Assembly: GCA_049667005.1 (NCBI GenBank)
Contig: JBATHQ010000523.1
Span: 1 to 35,547 of the forward strand
Length of the DNA: 35,547 bases
Direction of reading: 5' to 3'
Origin: Psychromonas sp.
Lineage (GTDB): Bacteria; Pseudomonadota; Gammaproteobacteria; Enterobacterales; Psychromonadaceae
Part shown: positions 19,184 through 30,262 of the stretch, in pieces
How the letters are laid out: the number at the start of each line of letters is the position of its first letter
Position numbering within the stretch: position 1 is the stretch's first letter
The notes under the pieces: generated by a model
Seen by the model: only the letters and a program-made list of their open reading frames with translations
What the model was told of the DNA's origin: nothing
Databases searched by the model: none
Made by a program: the position numbers and the translations under genes

Positions 19184-20062
19184 CTAGATATTTGACGGTT
19201 TTATTTTTCTCTGGCGTATTAAGCCTTCTTGAATTGTTGAAGCAACCAACTTCCCTTCTCTAGTATAAAAATGTCCTTTCACCAGAGCACGGCCATCCGA
19301 TGCAGCAGGGCTTTCAACTGCGTACAGCAACCAGTCATCCAAGTGAAAGTCATGGTGGAACCACATGGAGTGATCAATGGTCACAACCTGCATGCCCGGT
19401 GATATAAAAGAAACACCGTGTGGCTGCAATGCAGTTGGTAAGAAGTTAAAATCGGAAGCGTAGGCTAATAAATAACGGTGTACACGTAAATCATCCGGCA
19501 TTTTCCCATTTGCTTTGAACCATACGAATCGTTGTGCAGGTTCAATCTCAGGATCACTAGGATTGATAAGTCTTACCGGGCGCATCTCAATCGGCTTTTC
19601 TAAAATAAGCTTATCACGAATGGATTCCGGCAGTAGGTCCGAATGCAGCAATGCCATCTCCTGTTCAGAAATCAAATCTTCAGGTACGGGTACATCGGGC
19701 ATCTCTATTTGATGTTCAAAACCTTGTTCTCTGGCTTTGAAAGAGGCGGTCATATAAAAAAGGGTTTTACCATCCTGAATGGCTTTAATTCGTCTTGTAG
19801 AAAGACTTTTGCCATCACGAATACGTTCAACATCGTAAACAATTGGGCGGTCAGTTTTACCCTGGACAAGGAAATAGGAATGGAAAGAGTGCACCATTTT
19901 ATTCTCATCAACAGTTTCTTTTGCAGCATACAGGGCTTGCCCCATAACCTGTCCGCCAAACACAGCGCCAATACCCAGATCCTGACTTTTACCACGGAAT
20001 AAGTTTTCTTCTAATTTTTCTAAATTAAGCTGATCTAACAGATCATTTAATACTTTACCCAT
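19184..20062 (-). CDS. tesB: Acyl-CoA thioesterase II
   Basis: [36 protein letters not shown]. Confidence 0.96.
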   Translation of the reverse strand: MGKVLNDLLDQLNLEKLEENLFRGKSQDLGIGAVFGGQVMGQALYAAKETVDENKMVHSFHSYFLVQGKTDRPIVYDVERIRDGKSLSTRRIKAIQDGKTLFYMTASFKAREQGFEHQIEMPDVPVPEDLISEQEMALLHSDLLPESIRDKLILEKPIEMRPVRLINPSDPEIEPAQRFVWFKANGKMPDDLRVHRYLLAYASDFNFLPTALQPHGVSFISPGMQVVTIDHSMWFHHDFHLDDWLLYAVESPAASDGRALVKGHFYTREGKLVASTIQEGLIRQRKIKPSNI

Positions 20063-20073
20063 TTTGGCTCTCC

Positions 20074-20102
20074 AAAAAAAAGAGCGGAAATCACCGCCCT
20101 TT
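20074..20102 (-). terminator. Intrinsic terminator of thrABC
   Basis: On the - strand: GGGCGG-TGATTT-CCGCTC-TTTTTTTT. Confidence 0.8.
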
Positions 20103-20128
20103 ATTATTTGCAGGTACTTATATATATA

Positions 20129-21406
20129 TTACAAAGACATCAATAATGATCTAACCTGCGCAAAATCTGCAGGAAGTTCTTTTGACAACAGGGCTAAATT
20201 AGCACGAGAAGCCAACTCTTCAGGAATGAATATTTCACGGCCTAAAATCTGTTCCACGCTTTCTTTGAATTTAGCAGGATGCGCAGTACATAAGAATAAA
20301 CCTGTTTCACCTTCTTTCAACTGTTTTTTAAGTTCACTATAAGCGATAGCACCATGGGGTTCACATAAATAACCTAAATTATCCAGTTCAAGTAAAGTTT
20401 CACGGGTTTGTGCATCCGTTAATTTCCCGTAACCAAGCTCAGATAGAGACCAGCCCTGCACTTTAAATAACTCTTCAATACGCGGCCAGTTATTTGGCTG
20501 ACTAACATCCATTGCATTGGAAAGCGTTGCAATGGTCGCTTTCGGATCCCAGCTTCCATCACGTAAGAAACGCGGTACAGTGTCGTTTTCATTGGTTGCC
20601 GCGATAAAACGTTTAATCGGTAAACCTAATGATTTAGCCAGTAAACCTGCTGTTAAATCACCGAAATTACCACTTGGTACAGAAACCACTAAATTATTAC
20701 GCTGCTCAACTGACAGTTGCGCGAAAGCTTCAAAGTAATAACATATTTGCGCCAATAAACGGCTGATATTGATTGAGTTTGCAGAATTTAAGCCGATAGC
20801 CTGTTTTAATTCCTGATCATCAAAAGCCTGCTTAACCATTGTTTGACAGTCATCGAATGAGCCATCAATGGCAACCGTCGTAATATTGCCACCCAGTGTA
20901 CAAAATAGTTTTTCCTGCAGCGGGCTAATTTTACCTTTCGGGTAAAGAATAACGACATCAATATTTTCCATATTGAAAAAAGCATGCGCCACAGCAGCAC
21001 CGGTATCACCAGAGGTTGCCGTTAAAATAGTAATTTTATCAGCGCTATTAAATTGTGCTAAACACTGCGCCATAAAGCGACCGCCAAAATCTTTAAAGGC
21101 TAATGTCGGTCCATGAAAAAGCTCTAGCGCATTAATGTTATCAGTTACTTTTTTTACCGGAGCATCAAAAGTAAAGGCTTTAGAGACGATACTGTGAACC
21201 GTTTCTTTGCTTAATTCGTCACCAATCAGGTGCGCTAATATTTCAGTTGAACGGTCAACTAAATTCATTTTTAAAAGCGTATCTATATTCTCAAGCGGCG
21301 TGATCGTTGCAGGAAAAAAGAGCCCTTGTCCACGTCCTAAACCTTGTTTAACAGCTTGCTGAAAATTGACTTGCTCGCTGTTGTCTTTGATGTTGTATAA
21401 ATTCAT
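20129..21406 (-). CDS. thrC: Threonine synthase
   Basis: [36 protein letters not shown]. Confidence 0.98.
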   Translation of the reverse strand: MNLYNIKDNSEQVNFQQAVKQGLGRGQGLFFPATITPLENIDTLLKMNLVDRSTEILAHLIGDELSKETVHSIVSKAFTFDAPVKKVTDNINALELFHGPTLAFKDFGGRFMAQCLAQFNSADKITILTATSGDTGAAVAHAFFNMENIDVVILYPKGKISPLQEKLFCTLGGNITTVAIDGSFDDCQTMVKQAFDDQELKQAIGLNSANSINISRLLAQICYYFEAFAQLSVEQRNNLVVSVPSGNFGDLTAGLLAKSLGLPIKRFIAATNENDTVPRFLRDGSWDPKATIATLSNAMDVSQPNNWPRIEELFKVQGWSLSELGYGKLTDAQTRETLLELDNLGYLCEPHGAIAYSELKKQLKEGETGLFLCTAHPAKFKESVEQILGREIFIPEELASRANLALLSKELPADFAQVRSLLMSL

Positions 21407-22359
21407 AGTTCTGTTCCTAACACACGCGCGCCTTGTTCATCAAGACGGCAAATATGACAAAATCCTTCATCATTCTGAAGAAAGTTTTCTGTTAACCATT
21501 TTTGTAATGATTGCGCCTGGGTAAGATCCGTCATCACGGCAAATACCGTCGGGCCTGATCCCGAAATCCCCATCGCTAATGCTCCGCTTTGCTCGGCAAA
21601 AAGCCGTGCTTCTTTAAAACCCGGAATAAGTTGTGAGCGATAGGGTTCAGCAATAACATCTTTAAGCATTTTAGCGGCAAGCTCAGGTTGATTACTGTAA
21701 CTTGCATGGACAAATGCGCCCAGACGTCGGCCGTAAGTTAAGGTATCACTTAAGCGGTACTGTGCAGGTAAAATATTGCGTGCAGCCGATGTTGAGATAC
21801 TGATTCCAGGGTAAGCAACAACCCAATACCACTCTTTAAAGGAAGGAATAGTCTGGCTGATCACTCCTCCTTCATTAATCATTAACTGCATACCACCCAG
21901 ATAACAGGGAGCAACATTATCATAATGGACACTGCCGCTGATTTGTCCTTCCATCTCGCCCATTAAAAGGAGCATTTCGTTTTCATCAAGAAGATAATCA
22001 TGCCAGGCATTTAATGCTTCTAATGCTGCCACAATTGAGCTTGAACTTGAACCCAGGCCGCTGCCGACCGGTAAGTTTTTTTCCAGTGTCATTTTAACAG
22101 GCAGTATCTCCTTATTCTGTTTTTTTAAGGCCTCCTGATAAACCAAATAACACTGGTAGACAATATTGGTTTCGTGATCTGATGGTAATTTATGTGCGTA
22201 ACGACCCACACACTCTAATGAAAAACCAAAATCACCCGTTGATATTTTTACCCGGTCACCAAATAAATCACCATTGATCGGGGCAAGTGCGCCACCTAAT
22301 ACATCAAAACCTACGCTGACATTTGCTGTCGATGCCGGTGCATATGCAACAACACTCAT
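21403..22359 (-). CDS. thrB: Homoserine kinase
   Basis: [37 protein letters not shown]. Confidence 0.98.
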   Translation of the reverse strand: MSVVAYAPASTANVSVGFDVLGGALAPINGDLFGDRVKISTGDFGFSLECVGRYAHKLPSDHETNIVYQCYLVYQEALKKQNKEILPVKMTLEKNLPVGSGLGSSSSSIVAALEALNAWHDYLLDENEMLLLMGEMEGQISGSVHYDNVAPCYLGGMQLMINEGGVISQTIPSFKEWYWVVAYPGISISTSAARNILPAQYRLSDTLTYGRRLGAFVHASYSNQPELAAKMLKDVIAEPYRSQLIPGFKEARLFAEQSGALAMGISGSGPTVFAVMTDLTQAQSLQKWLTENFLQNDEGFCHICRLDEQGARVLGTEL

Positions 22360-22360
22360 G

Positions 22361-24823
22361 TTATAACTCCTGTTTCCAATTTAAGGTACGTAATATATCA
22401 GCAAAGACCCCTGCTGCAGTCACTTCTGTTCCCGCACCATAACCACGCAGCACAAGTGGAATTGGTTGATAATACTGGCTGTAAAATGCCAGTGCATTTT
22501 CACCGTCTTTTACTTTGTTAAGCGGATCATCTTCATTAACGGCCTTAATACTGCATTTACATTTACCGTTTTCAATATTGCCGATGTAACGCAAAACTTG
22601 ACCGTTTGCCGTTGCTTTAGCTTGCAGTTCAGCAAAATAAGCATCCGCTTCGGGCAAACGTGCCATAAATTCATCAACGCTGCCACTGTCATCAAAACCA
22701 GGTGGTAACACTTTTTCAATTTCAACATCATCAAGGGATAATTCCATACCCGCTTCACGAGCTAAAATAAGCAGTTTCCGGGCAACATCGGTACCGCTTA
22801 AATCATCGCGGGGATCCGGCTCAGTAAAACCAAGTTTACGTGCTTCTTCCGCCACTGTTGAAAACGCTAGTCCATCATCCAGTTTACCGAAAATAAACGA
22901 CAGCGAACCGGATAAAATACCGTTAAACTTAACTAAACGATCCCCGGCTTTAAACAGGTTCTGCATATTTTCAATAACCGGTAAACCTGCGCCGACATTG
23001 GTATCATATAAGAATTTTCGACGTTTCATTAACGCGGTCAAACGCAGTTGATGGTAGTAATCCATACTCGAGGTATTGGCTTTTTTGTTGGCGGCAACAA
23101 CGTGGAAACCAGCCCCTAAAAAGTCAACGTAACGGGCAGCAATCGCATCATTACTGGTACAATCAACAATGACCGGGTTAATGATATGAGAGTCATTAAC
23201 CACAGATTGCATCGTTGACAACGAAAATGTATCACGCGCATCTGCTAATAAACTGCGCCAGTTACTTAAATCGATCCCCTGATCGTTAATTAACATTCTC
23301 TTGCTGTTGGCAATGCCACAGACACGAATATTGATATTTCTTTCCGACAGGTATTCTTGTTGACGATGCACCTGATCAACCAGCGCACCACCAACCCCAC
23401 CACTACCAATCAGGAACATATCAATATATTGCACGCTACCGAAGAAGCTCTGATGACAGGCAATAACCGCTTCTTTTGCTTTTCTTTCTAATATAACCGC
23501 TGAAATAGAACGCTCTGATGAACCTTGTGCAATTGCGGTCACATTAATAGAGGCTTCCGTTAAAGCCGTTAAAAATCGAGCAGCCACACCTTTCGCTTTT
23601 TTCATTCCGTCACCCACCAATGAAATAATCGCCAGCTTTTCAACCACATCAATAGGCTCTAACAGGTTATCTTTAAACTCTAAAGCAAACTCTTCATTTA
23701 AAGCCTGTAATGCTTTGTGCGTATCAGTTGAATAGATACAAAAGCTTAAACTGTATTCAGAAGATGACTGGGTGATCAGAATAATCGACACACCTGAACG
23801 TGATATTGTAGAAAATATCCGCCCTGCCATACCGACAATACCTTTCATGCCAGGTCCAGAAACGCTCAACATAGAGAGTCCCTTCAAATCTGATATACCC
23901 TTAACCTGTAAAACCTGATCGCCAACTTCTGCACCAATTAAGGTGCCGGTTGCTTGTGGATTATGAGTATTTTTAATTAAGCAAGGAATAGAGTGCTGAG
24001 CGATCGGGGCAATGGTTTTAGGGTGTAATACTTTCGCGCCAAAGTAAGAAAGCTCCATAGCTTCGGCATAACTTAGCGATGTTAATAATTTTGCATCTTT
24101 TACTAAACGCGGATCACAACTGTACACACCATCTACATCAGTCCATATTTCACAACATTGCGCTTTTAGACAGGCGGCTAACACCGCAGCCGAATAATCA
24201 GAGCCATTACGCCCCAACACTAATGTTTCCCCTTTTTCATTACCTGCGGTGAAACCAGGCATTAAGTAGATAACATTTTTGACAATAGTTTCTTTTTCAA
24301 ATAAAGCGCGGGAAGTTTCAATATCGATTTGCGCTTCAAGATAACCACCTTTGTAACAAATAAACTTTTCTTGTGGTTTTATCACCTTGACTTGATGCCC
24401 TTTAGCGATTAGTAGCTGTTTCATACAAGCAACGCTGAGTAGTTCACCTTTACTTAAAATTTGAGCTTCTATGCTGGGCGGGCACTGTGCTAATAAACGA
24501 ACGCCTTCAAGCAAGTCACTTAAATGCGATAATTCACGCTCAAAAATAGTTTTCAGTAAGTCATCTGCAAACTCTTCATAAGTTTCTTTTAGTCCTTTAA
24601 TCAAATCAGCAAAAATACGCTGAATATCGGTTAAATGACTTTCTGCGGATAAACCTTGAGTGGTTTTTTCAACAACGGCAACGAGGTTATTGGTCACCCC
24701 GGCTGGTGCTGATAAAACTAAAGCTATTTGAGATTGTTGCTGGTTGCTAATAACGATATCAGCAACTTGGTTAAAACGTTCGGCATTTGCTAATGACGTC
24801 CCGCCAAATTTAAGTACGCGCAT
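22361..24823 (-). CDS. thrA: Bifunctional aspartokinase I / homoserine dehydrogenase I
   Basis: [10 protein letters not shown] at ATG 24823 after [23 protein letters not shown] domains; [17 protein letters not shown]. Confidence 0.97.
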   Translation of the reverse strand: MRVLKFGGTSLANAERFNQVADIVISNQQQSQIALVLSAPAGVTNNLVAVVEKTTQGLSAESHLTDIQRIFADLIKGLKETYEEFADDLLKTIFERELSHLSDLLEGVRLLAQCPPSIEAQILSKGELLSVACMKQLLIAKGHQVKVIKPQEKFICYKGGYLEAQIDIETSRALFEKETIVKNVIYLMPGFTAGNEKGETLVLGRNGSDYSAAVLAACLKAQCCEIWTDVDGVYSCDPRLVKDAKLLTSLSYAEAMELSYFGAKVLHPKTIAPIAQHSIPCLIKNTHNPQATGTLIGAEVGDQVLQVKGISDLKGLSMLSVSGPGMKGIVGMAGRIFSTISRSGVSIILITQSSSEYSLSFCIYSTDTHKALQALNEEFALEFKDNLLEPIDVVEKLAIISLVGDGMKKAKGVAARFLTALTEASINVTAIAQGSSERSISAVILERKAKEAVIACHQSFFGSVQYIDMFLIGSGGVGGALVDQVHRQQEYLSERNINIRVCGIANSKRMLINDQGIDLSNWRSLLADARDTFSLSTMQSVVNDSHIINPVIVDCTSNDAIAARYVDFLGAGFHVVAANKKANTSSMDYYHQLRLTALMKRRKFLYDTNVGAGLPVIENMQNLFKAGDRLVKFNGILSGSLSFIFGKLDDGLAFSTVAEEARKLGFTEPDPRDDLSGTDVARKLLILAREAGMELSLDDVEIEKVLPPGFDDSGSVDEFMARLPEADAYFAELQAKATANGQVLRYIGNIENGKCKCSIKAVNEDDPLNKVKDGENALAFYSQYYQPIPLVLRGYGAGTEVTAAGVFADILRTLNWKQEL

Positions 24824-24844
24824 TGATACTCCCTGTTGAAATAC

Positions 24845-24869
24845 GAAAAACCCGCAGTAATGCGGGCTC
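24845..24869 (-). terminator. Attenuator-like terminator hairpin in the thrA leader
   Basis: On the - strand: CCCGCA-TTAC-TGCGGG-TTTTTC, about 20 nt before the thrA ATG. Confidence 0.7.
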
Positions 24870-25115
24870 AGGTAAAGCGATGATTTATTTGATAAAATCA
24901 ACATTTCCAGAGCGTTAAACTAACCACTCTGAAAAGAAGCTTAACTGAAGATATAAGCTATAAAGCACAGTGTTATTATTACTTTAATAAATTAAGAAAA
25001 TTTTGTGAGCCTATCATAACAAAGCTTTATCATCACGGGAACAATTCACTGTTTAGTAATGTGGTTTTTTATCAGCGCCCGCCGTCAAAATTGGCCCCAT
25101 TATATTGTCGGCCAG

Positions 25116-25129
25116 TTGATTAATATCAA
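25116..25129. promoter_or_regulatory. FNR box upstream of arcA
   Basis: Perfect TTGAT-TAAT-ATCAA; arcA is FNR-activated in E. coli. Confidence 0.8.
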
Positions 25130-25169
25130 GCAACATTTGTATTTGTCACCTTTCAGTAACAATCTAGTT

Positions 25170-25184
25170 GTTATCTAAATGTTA
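25170..25184 (+). promoter_or_regulatory. ArcA-P box (autoregulation)
   Basis: GTTATCTAAATGTTA, 13/15 match to GTTAATTAAATGTTA. Confidence 0.65.
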
Positions 25185-25430
25185 AGTATTTATAGTGAAG
25201 CACATGATTTATTAAGGTGAATGTGTTATTAACAACGCTTAACGCAATATTTACGTTCGTTAACACAATTTTGTCGGGAAATATTTGTTTATTGTAAATT
25301 ATTTGTTTCAACAGATAAAAAAATATAAAAATACAAAAAATATATTGTTATATCTCTTTAACAACAATAAGAACCCCCTATCGGAATAGATCGAAAGAAT
25401 AATAAAGAATCAAAACTAGAGAGGTACTCA

Positions 25431-26147
25431 ATGTCAACAGCGAACATACTTATTGTCGAAGATGAGTTAGTCACACGTAATATGTTAAAAAGTGTCTTTG
25501 AAGCGGAAGGATATAACGTTTTAGAAGCCAATGATGGTAATGAGATGCACCAGGCCATCAAAGACAATAATATTAACCTGATTATTATGGATATTAATTT
25601 ACCCGGTAAAAATGGGTTATTGTTAGCCAGAGAGATACGTGAACATCAAAATATTGCGCTTATTTTTTTAACCGGTCGTGATAATGAAGTCGATAAAATA
25701 TTAGGATTGGAAATTGGTGCAGATGATTACATCACTAAACCCTTTAATCCTCGTGAATTAACGATTCGTGCACGTAATCTATTAACTCGTACTATGCAGG
25801 ATAATATCTATTTTGAAGAAGTACGTAAAAAAGTGGAAAACTATAAATTTAATGGTTGGACACTGGAAATAGATAGTCGCTCATTAATTAGCCCTGTTGG
25901 TAGGATATTTAAATTACCGCGCAGTGAATTCAGAGCAATTTTACATTTTATTGAAAATCCAGGCAAAATTCAAACGCGTGCGGATCTGTTAATGAAAATG
26001 ACTGGCAGGGAATTAAAAGCACATGATCGCACAGTGGATGTCACCATTCGCCGCATCCGTAAACATTTTGAAAGTATTCCCGATGCGCCTGAAATCATTG
26101 CCACCATTCATGGTGAAGGTTATCGTTTCTGTGGCGAAGTAGAGTAA
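25431..26147 (+). CDS. arcA: Two-component response regulator ArcA
   Basis: [57 protein letters not shown]; 238 aa; next to thrA. Confidence 0.98.
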   Translation: MSTANILIVEDELVTRNMLKSVFEAEGYNVLEANDGNEMHQAIKDNNINLIIMDINLPGKNGLLLAREIREHQNIALIFLTGRDNEVDKILGLEIGADDYITKPFNPRELTIRARNLLTRTMQDNIYFEEVRKKVENYKFNGWTLEIDSRSLISPVGRIFKLPRSEFRAILHFIENPGKIQTRADLLMKMTGRELKAHDRTVDVTIRRIRKHFESIPDAPEIIATIHGEGYRFCGEVE

Positions 26148-26176
26148 AAAACAGGAAAACCGACAGGACATATTTT

Positions 26177-26201
26177 AAAAGGCACATTAAGTGTCTTTTT
26201 T
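26177..26201 (+). terminator. Intrinsic terminator of arcA
   Basis: AAAAGGCAC-ATTAA-GTGTCTTTTTT. Confidence 0.8.
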
Positions 26202-26230
26202 ATTGCCTGATATTTATGCAACCCGTACAA

Positions 26231-26253
26231 ATGGTGCGCGGAGCACACCCTAC
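26231..26253 (-). repeat. GTAG-family REP-like element (solitary)
   Basis: On the - strand: GTAG-GGTGTGC-TCC-GCGCACC. Confidence 0.6.
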
Positions 26254-26342
26254 ATTGATGGTGGATACATTTTATATAATAGTAAGACGCTTCCTACTAT
26301 TGTCTATTTCATTATGCGGAATGATATTACTTTTTCAAAAGC

Positions 26343-26373
26343 AAAAAAAAGCTTCAACATATGTTGAAGCTTT
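26343..26373 (-). terminator. Terminator of the tRNA operon
   Basis: AAAAAAAAGCTTCAACATATGTTGAAGCTTT palindrome; gives a U tract on the - strand. Confidence 0.85.
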
Positions 26374-26380
26374 CTCAAAC

Positions 26381-26466
26381 TGGTGCCCGGAGCGAGACTT
26401 GAACTCGCACGCCCATAAGGCGAGGGATTTTAAATCCCTTGTGTCTACCGATTCCACCATCCGGGC
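26381..26466 (-). tRNA. leuZ: tRNA-Leu (TAA)
   Basis: GCCCGGA...AGGGA-TTTAAAA-TCCCT, long variable arm, GTTCAAGTC, ends ACCA. Confidence 0.96.
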
Positions 26467-26479
26467 AAAAATTTAAAAG

Positions 26480-26553
26480 TGGAGGCGGAACCCGGAGTCG
26501 AACCGAGATGGATGGATTTGCAATCCACTGCATGGCCACTCTGCCATTCCGCC
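26480..26553 (-). tRNA. cysT: tRNA-Cys (GCA)
   Basis: GGCGGAA...TGGA-TTGCAAA-TCCA...GGTTCGACTCC...TCCA; 74 nt. Confidence 0.96.
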
Positions 26554-26569
26554 AATATAATTTAAATTT

Positions 26570-26654
26570 TGGAGCGCTGCACGAGACTAAAAAACAACTC
26601 ATGACCCCGACTGTTACGGTCAAGGTCGTGCTCAAAGAATTGAACACCTATCAC
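26570..26654 (-). pseudogene. Degenerate tRNA-Gly copy
   Basis: Colinear with the adjacent tRNA-Gly (TGGAGCG..CACGAGACT..AACTC.TGACCCCGAC..CAAGGTCGTGCTC); T and anticodon loops disrupted by insertions. Confidence 0.8.
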
Positions 26655-26662
26655 TTCAAATT

Positions 26663-26738
<76 letters not shown>

Positions 26739-26763
26739 ATCACATTGTTTACAGTTTAATAAT

Positions 26764-26831
26764 CACGAGCTAACTCGTAACTCCAGTCAATTCTTATCAA
26801 GGTTGGCCTTAACGAACTGAGCTAGTACCGC
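26764..26831 (-). pseudogene. Second degenerate tRNA-Gly copy (5' end intact, no CCA)
   Basis: 26815-26839 is identical to 26722-26746 (25 bp); residual CACGAG..AACTCGT and CAAGGT. Confidence 0.75.
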
Positions 26832-26894
26832 ATCACATTTAAACTATCATCTCGAGGTTGCTTAGTAAACTAAATCCCCTGTCGATGTGTGCGC

Positions 26895-26922
26895 ATTCTA
26901 ATGATTATCTGAAGCGAGTCAA
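26895..26922 (-). promoter_or_regulatory. Sigma70 stable-RNA promoter of the tRNA operon
   Basis: TTGACT-16 bp-TAGAAT followed by GC-rich discriminator GCGCAC. Confidence 0.85.
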
Positions 26923-27001
26923 CCTACTTTAACACTTTTTTTATTGCTGCCGAGCTGTTCGCCGATTTTTTAAACGAAGCGTTGTTTTAATGTACGAATG
27001 G

Positions 27002-27550
27002 TTATGCATTTTTACTTAGCGCGGGCCAAGCCGCTTTCAAATAAGCCACCATAGACCAAAGCGTCAATCCTGTAGCAACATATAATAAAATAAAACCGAG
27101 CCATTCCATTTCAACTGAATACTGCCAAATCAGTAAAAAAAGCGCAGCCATCTGTGCAGCCGTTTTCACTTTTCCTAACCATGACACAGCAACACTGGCT
27201 CTTTCCCCCAGTTCAGCCATCCATTCTCGCAAGGCGGAAATAATTATTTCACGACAGATCATCACCATCGCAGGAATCGTTATCCAAATAACCGCGTAAT
27301 GTTCTACGATCATCACGAGTGCAACAGCAACCATTATTTTATCGGCAACGGGATCTAAAAATGCACCAAAGGCAGTATGCTGATCGAGTTTTCTAGCAAG
27401 GTAACCATCCAAATAATCAGTCAGCCCGGCAGTAAGAAAAATAATTGCCGCCGCATAACCAGCCCAGGCGACTGGCAAGAAATAAAATAATACAAAAATG
27501 GGAATTAAAAAAATTCTAAAGCCCGTTAATATATTGGGGATGTTTAACAT
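27002..27550 (-). CDS. pgsA: CDP-diacylglycerol--glycerol-3-phosphate 3-phosphatidyltransferase
   Basis: [16 protein letters not shown]...[25 protein letters not shown]. Confidence 0.98.
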   Translation of the reverse strand: MLNIPNILTGFRIFLIPIFVLFYFLPVAWAGYAAAIIFLTAGLTDYLDGYLARKLDQHTAFGAFLDPVADKIMVAVALVMIVEHYAVIWITIPAMVMICREIIISALREWMAELGERASVAVSWLGKVKTAAQMAALFLLIWQYSVEMEWLGFILLYVATGLTLWSMVAYLKAAWPALSKNA

Positions 27551-27570
27551 TAAAGTATCCTTTGAGTATC

Positions 27571-27625
27571 TATCCCCAATTCACTTGGAAATACGGTTTG
27601 TATAGTTTCAACTAACTTAAATATA
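27571..27625. repeat. Degenerate two-armed copy of the palindromic dispersed element
   Basis: TATCCCCAATTCACTTGGAAATAC ... GTATAGTTTCAACTAACTTAAATATA. Confidence 0.4.
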
Positions 27626-27700
27626 AGCTATTTTTGCATTTTATTGTTTCATTTTGCAAATTCTTAACAAGAATTTATGATTATTGATATGTTATTCCGA

Positions 27701-29530
27701 TCAATTGTGCAATGCTTCATAAATTGTTTCAGCTAAAGAATGACTTATGCCGGGAATTTTCTGCAATTCATCAATACTTGCAGCAATCACCCCCTGTAAA
27801 CCACCTAAATGGTTTAACAAAGCCTGGCGACGTTTAGCCCCCACACCGGCGATACTCTCTAATGTACTGGTTCTTCTTTTTTTATCACGTTGTTGACGGT
27901 GTCCCATAATAGCAAAACGATGCGACTCATCACGAATTTGTTGTATTAAATGTAATGCGGGAGAGTCACTATTCAACTCAATTATTTCATGGCTGCCCGC
28001 TAAAATCAGTGTTTCTAATCCAGCCTTGCGGGTCACTCCTTTAGCAATACCAATTAGCAGGGGGTATTTACCATTAAAGTTTGCTTCAAGCGAACTGATA
28101 ATATTTTCAGCCTGATTTAATTGTCCCAATCCACCATCAATAAAAATAATATCCGGGATATTTTCAGCTTCCTGCGGATTTTTAAAACGCCTCGCGAGAA
28201 CTTGCCCCATCGCTGCGTAATCATCTCCCGGAGTAATACCACTAATATTAAATCGCCGGTAGTCCGATTTTTTGGCGCCATCGCGGTTGAAGACCACACT
28301 AGATGCCACGGTTTTTTCCCCCATCATATGGGAAATATCGTAACATTCCATGCGCAGGATCGGTGTACTTAAGTCTAATTTCTCTTCCAATAACCGATAG
28401 CGATCTATTATATTATTTTTTTGGTTGAGGTAGGTCTGTAAGGCTATCTGAGCATTCTTGTGAGCCAGCTTGACAAACTTGGCCCGCTCACCGCGCACCT
28501 CTGTTTTCAGGGTGGTTTTGTAACCGCAATATTCACTAAAAAGCTCGCTAAACATAACACGCTCAGCAAAATCGTCACTCAGCAAAATTTCCCCCGGTAT
28601 TGCGCGGCCGTTTTGCCCGGACAGGTAAAACTGACTTAAAAATGCGCTTAATACTTCATCTTGACTGGAATTTTTAGGAATTTTAGGGAAATAATTACGG
28701 CTGCCTAATATACGCCCCTGCCGAACAAATAACAGGTGAACACTGGCAATCCCCTGCTCATAAACAAAACCGACTACATCTAACTGCTCAATATCACCGC
28801 TTACCCATTGCTGCTCCTGCACTTTTTTTAAAGATTGAATTTGATCCCGGCGTATTGCTGCTTTCTCAAATTCAAGCGCGCTGCTGGCCTCTTCCATTTC
28901 CGTTACCAGTTGGTTAATCACATGCTGGCTTTTACCTTGTAAAAAAGCACTGGCTAATTCAACTTGATGCGCATATTCATCTTCCGACATGGCATTGACG
29001 CAGGGTGCAAGGCAACGCTTCAATTGATATTGCAGACAGGGGCGGGAGCGATTACTGTAATAACTGTCTTCACACTGGCGTATGGGAAATAGCTTTTGCA
29101 TTAAATGCAGACTTTCTCTCACCGCCCCGCCACTTGGATAAGGACCAAAATAACGCCCCTTGCGTTTGCGATTTTGCGAACGCACTAAGGTTAATTGCGG
29201 ATGTTTATGCGCACTTAAAAACAGATAAGGATAGGATTTATCATCACGTAACAAAACATTGTATTTAGGTTTGTACTGCTTGATAAAATTGTGTTCGAGG
29301 ATCAATGCTTCCGTTTCTGTGTGCGTGACAGTGACTTCGATACGGTCGATATGGCTTACTAAAGCGAGTGTTTTGGGGTGTTTCTGGGTAAGACTGAAAT
29401 AACTGCTGAGACGTTTCTTAAGATTTTTTGCTTTGCCAACGTAGATCACGGTCTGTTGTTCAAACATACGGTAAACACCCGGCTCTGTGGTGACCGTATT
29501 TAAGAAACTTTTAGCGCAAAAGACACTCAT
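27701..29530 (-). CDS. uvrC: Excinuclease ABC subunit C
   Basis: GIY-YIG (PGVYRM..IYVGKAKNLK), RMECYDISH, IDGG.GQ, C-terminal HhH motifs; start placed at ATG 29530. Confidence 0.97.
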   Translation of the reverse strand: MSVFCAKSFLNTVTTEPGVYRMFEQQTVIYVGKAKNLKKRLSSYFSLTQKHPKTLALVSHIDRIEVTVTHTETEALILEHNFIKQYKPKYNVLLRDDKSYPYLFLSAHKHPQLTLVRSQNRKRKGRYFGPYPSGGAVRESLHLMQKLFPIRQCEDSYYSNRSRPCLQYQLKRCLAPCVNAMSEDEYAHQVELASAFLQGKSQHVINQLVTEMEEASSALEFEKAAIRRDQIQSLKKVQEQQWVSGDIEQLDVVGFVYEQGIASVHLLFVRQGRILGSRNYFPKIPKNSSQDEVLSAFLSQFYLSGQNGRAIPGEILLSDDFAERVMFSELFSEYCGYKTTLKTEVRGERAKFVKLAHKNAQIALQTYLNQKNNIIDRYRLLEEKLDLSTPILRMECYDISHMMGEKTVASSVVFNRDGAKKSDYRRFNISGITPGDDYAAMGQVLARRFKNPQEAENIPDIIFIDGGLGQLNQAENIISSLEANFNGKYPLLIGIAKGVTRKAGLETLILAGSHEIIELNSDSPALHLIQQIRDESHRFAIMGHRQQRDKKRRTSTLESIAGVGAKRRQALLNHLGGLQGVIAASIDELQKIPGISHSLAETIYEALHN

Positions 29531-29617
29531 ATAAAAACACAACCTGTCTTAGAGCAGCAATGAACAATGCGTAATATCGATCTAACGGCAATATTAGCAT
29601 TGTCTATGTGTAACGGA

Positions 29618-30262
29618 TCACAGCAGGTCTGTATCAAGCATGCCATAGCGTATCGCCAAATGCGTCAAACCCACATCACCATTTACCCCTAATTTTTCAA
29701 ATAAACGATAACGGTAGCTATTGATTGTTTTTGTATTCAGACCAAGTTGTTCCGAAATGTCCACGACGCGTTGCCCTTTGGTGATCATCATCATGATCTG
29801 CAACTCTCTTTCAGAAAGCACGCCGAAAGGATCATCAGAGGTTGGCGATATTTGTGATAGCGCCATTTGCTGCGCGATTTCCGGTGCTAAATAACGTTGT
29901 CCGGCATGCACAGAGCGAATCGCACTCAGTACTTCATTGGGACCAGCTGCCTTGCTGATATAACCAGAAGCTCCCGCCTGCATTACTTTCGTAGGGAAAG
30001 GATTCTCAGTATGCATCGTGAGCATTATTATTTTGATATCTTCATTAATACGTAAAATTTTGTGCATCGCATCCAAGCCACCAATGCCGGGCATATTGAT
30101 GTCCATTAAAATGACATCGGCTTGATTCTGGCGACACCATTTTACCGCTTCTTCACCACTTTCTGCTTCTCCAATAACTTTCATGCCTCGAACATCATCA
30201 ATGATACGGCGAATCCCTGTACGAACTAATTCATGGTCATCGACCAACAGGATATTAATCAC
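29618..30262 (-). CDS. uvrY: Response regulator UvrY/SirA/GacA
   Basis: LVDDHELVRTGIRRI, MDINMPGIGG, LSERELQIMMMITKG, NSYRYRLF; GTG start; upstream of uvrC. Confidence 0.97.
   Translation of the reverse strand: MINILLVDDHELVRTGIRRIIDDVRGMKVIGEAESGEEAVKWCRQNQADVILMDINMPGIGGLDAMHKILRINEDIKIIMLTMHTENPFPTKVMQAGASGYISKAAGPNEVLSAIRSVHAGQRYLAPEIAQQMALSQISPTSDDPFGVLSERELQIMMMITKGQRVVDISEQLGLNTKTINSYRYRLFEKLGVNGDVGLTHLAIRYGMLDTDLL

Noticed and set aside
24824..24904. 27-aa N-terminal extension of ThrA
   Set aside because: The conserved start MRVLKFGG has a good RBS and the extension crosses a terminator-like hairpin; noted only as a possible regulatory feature
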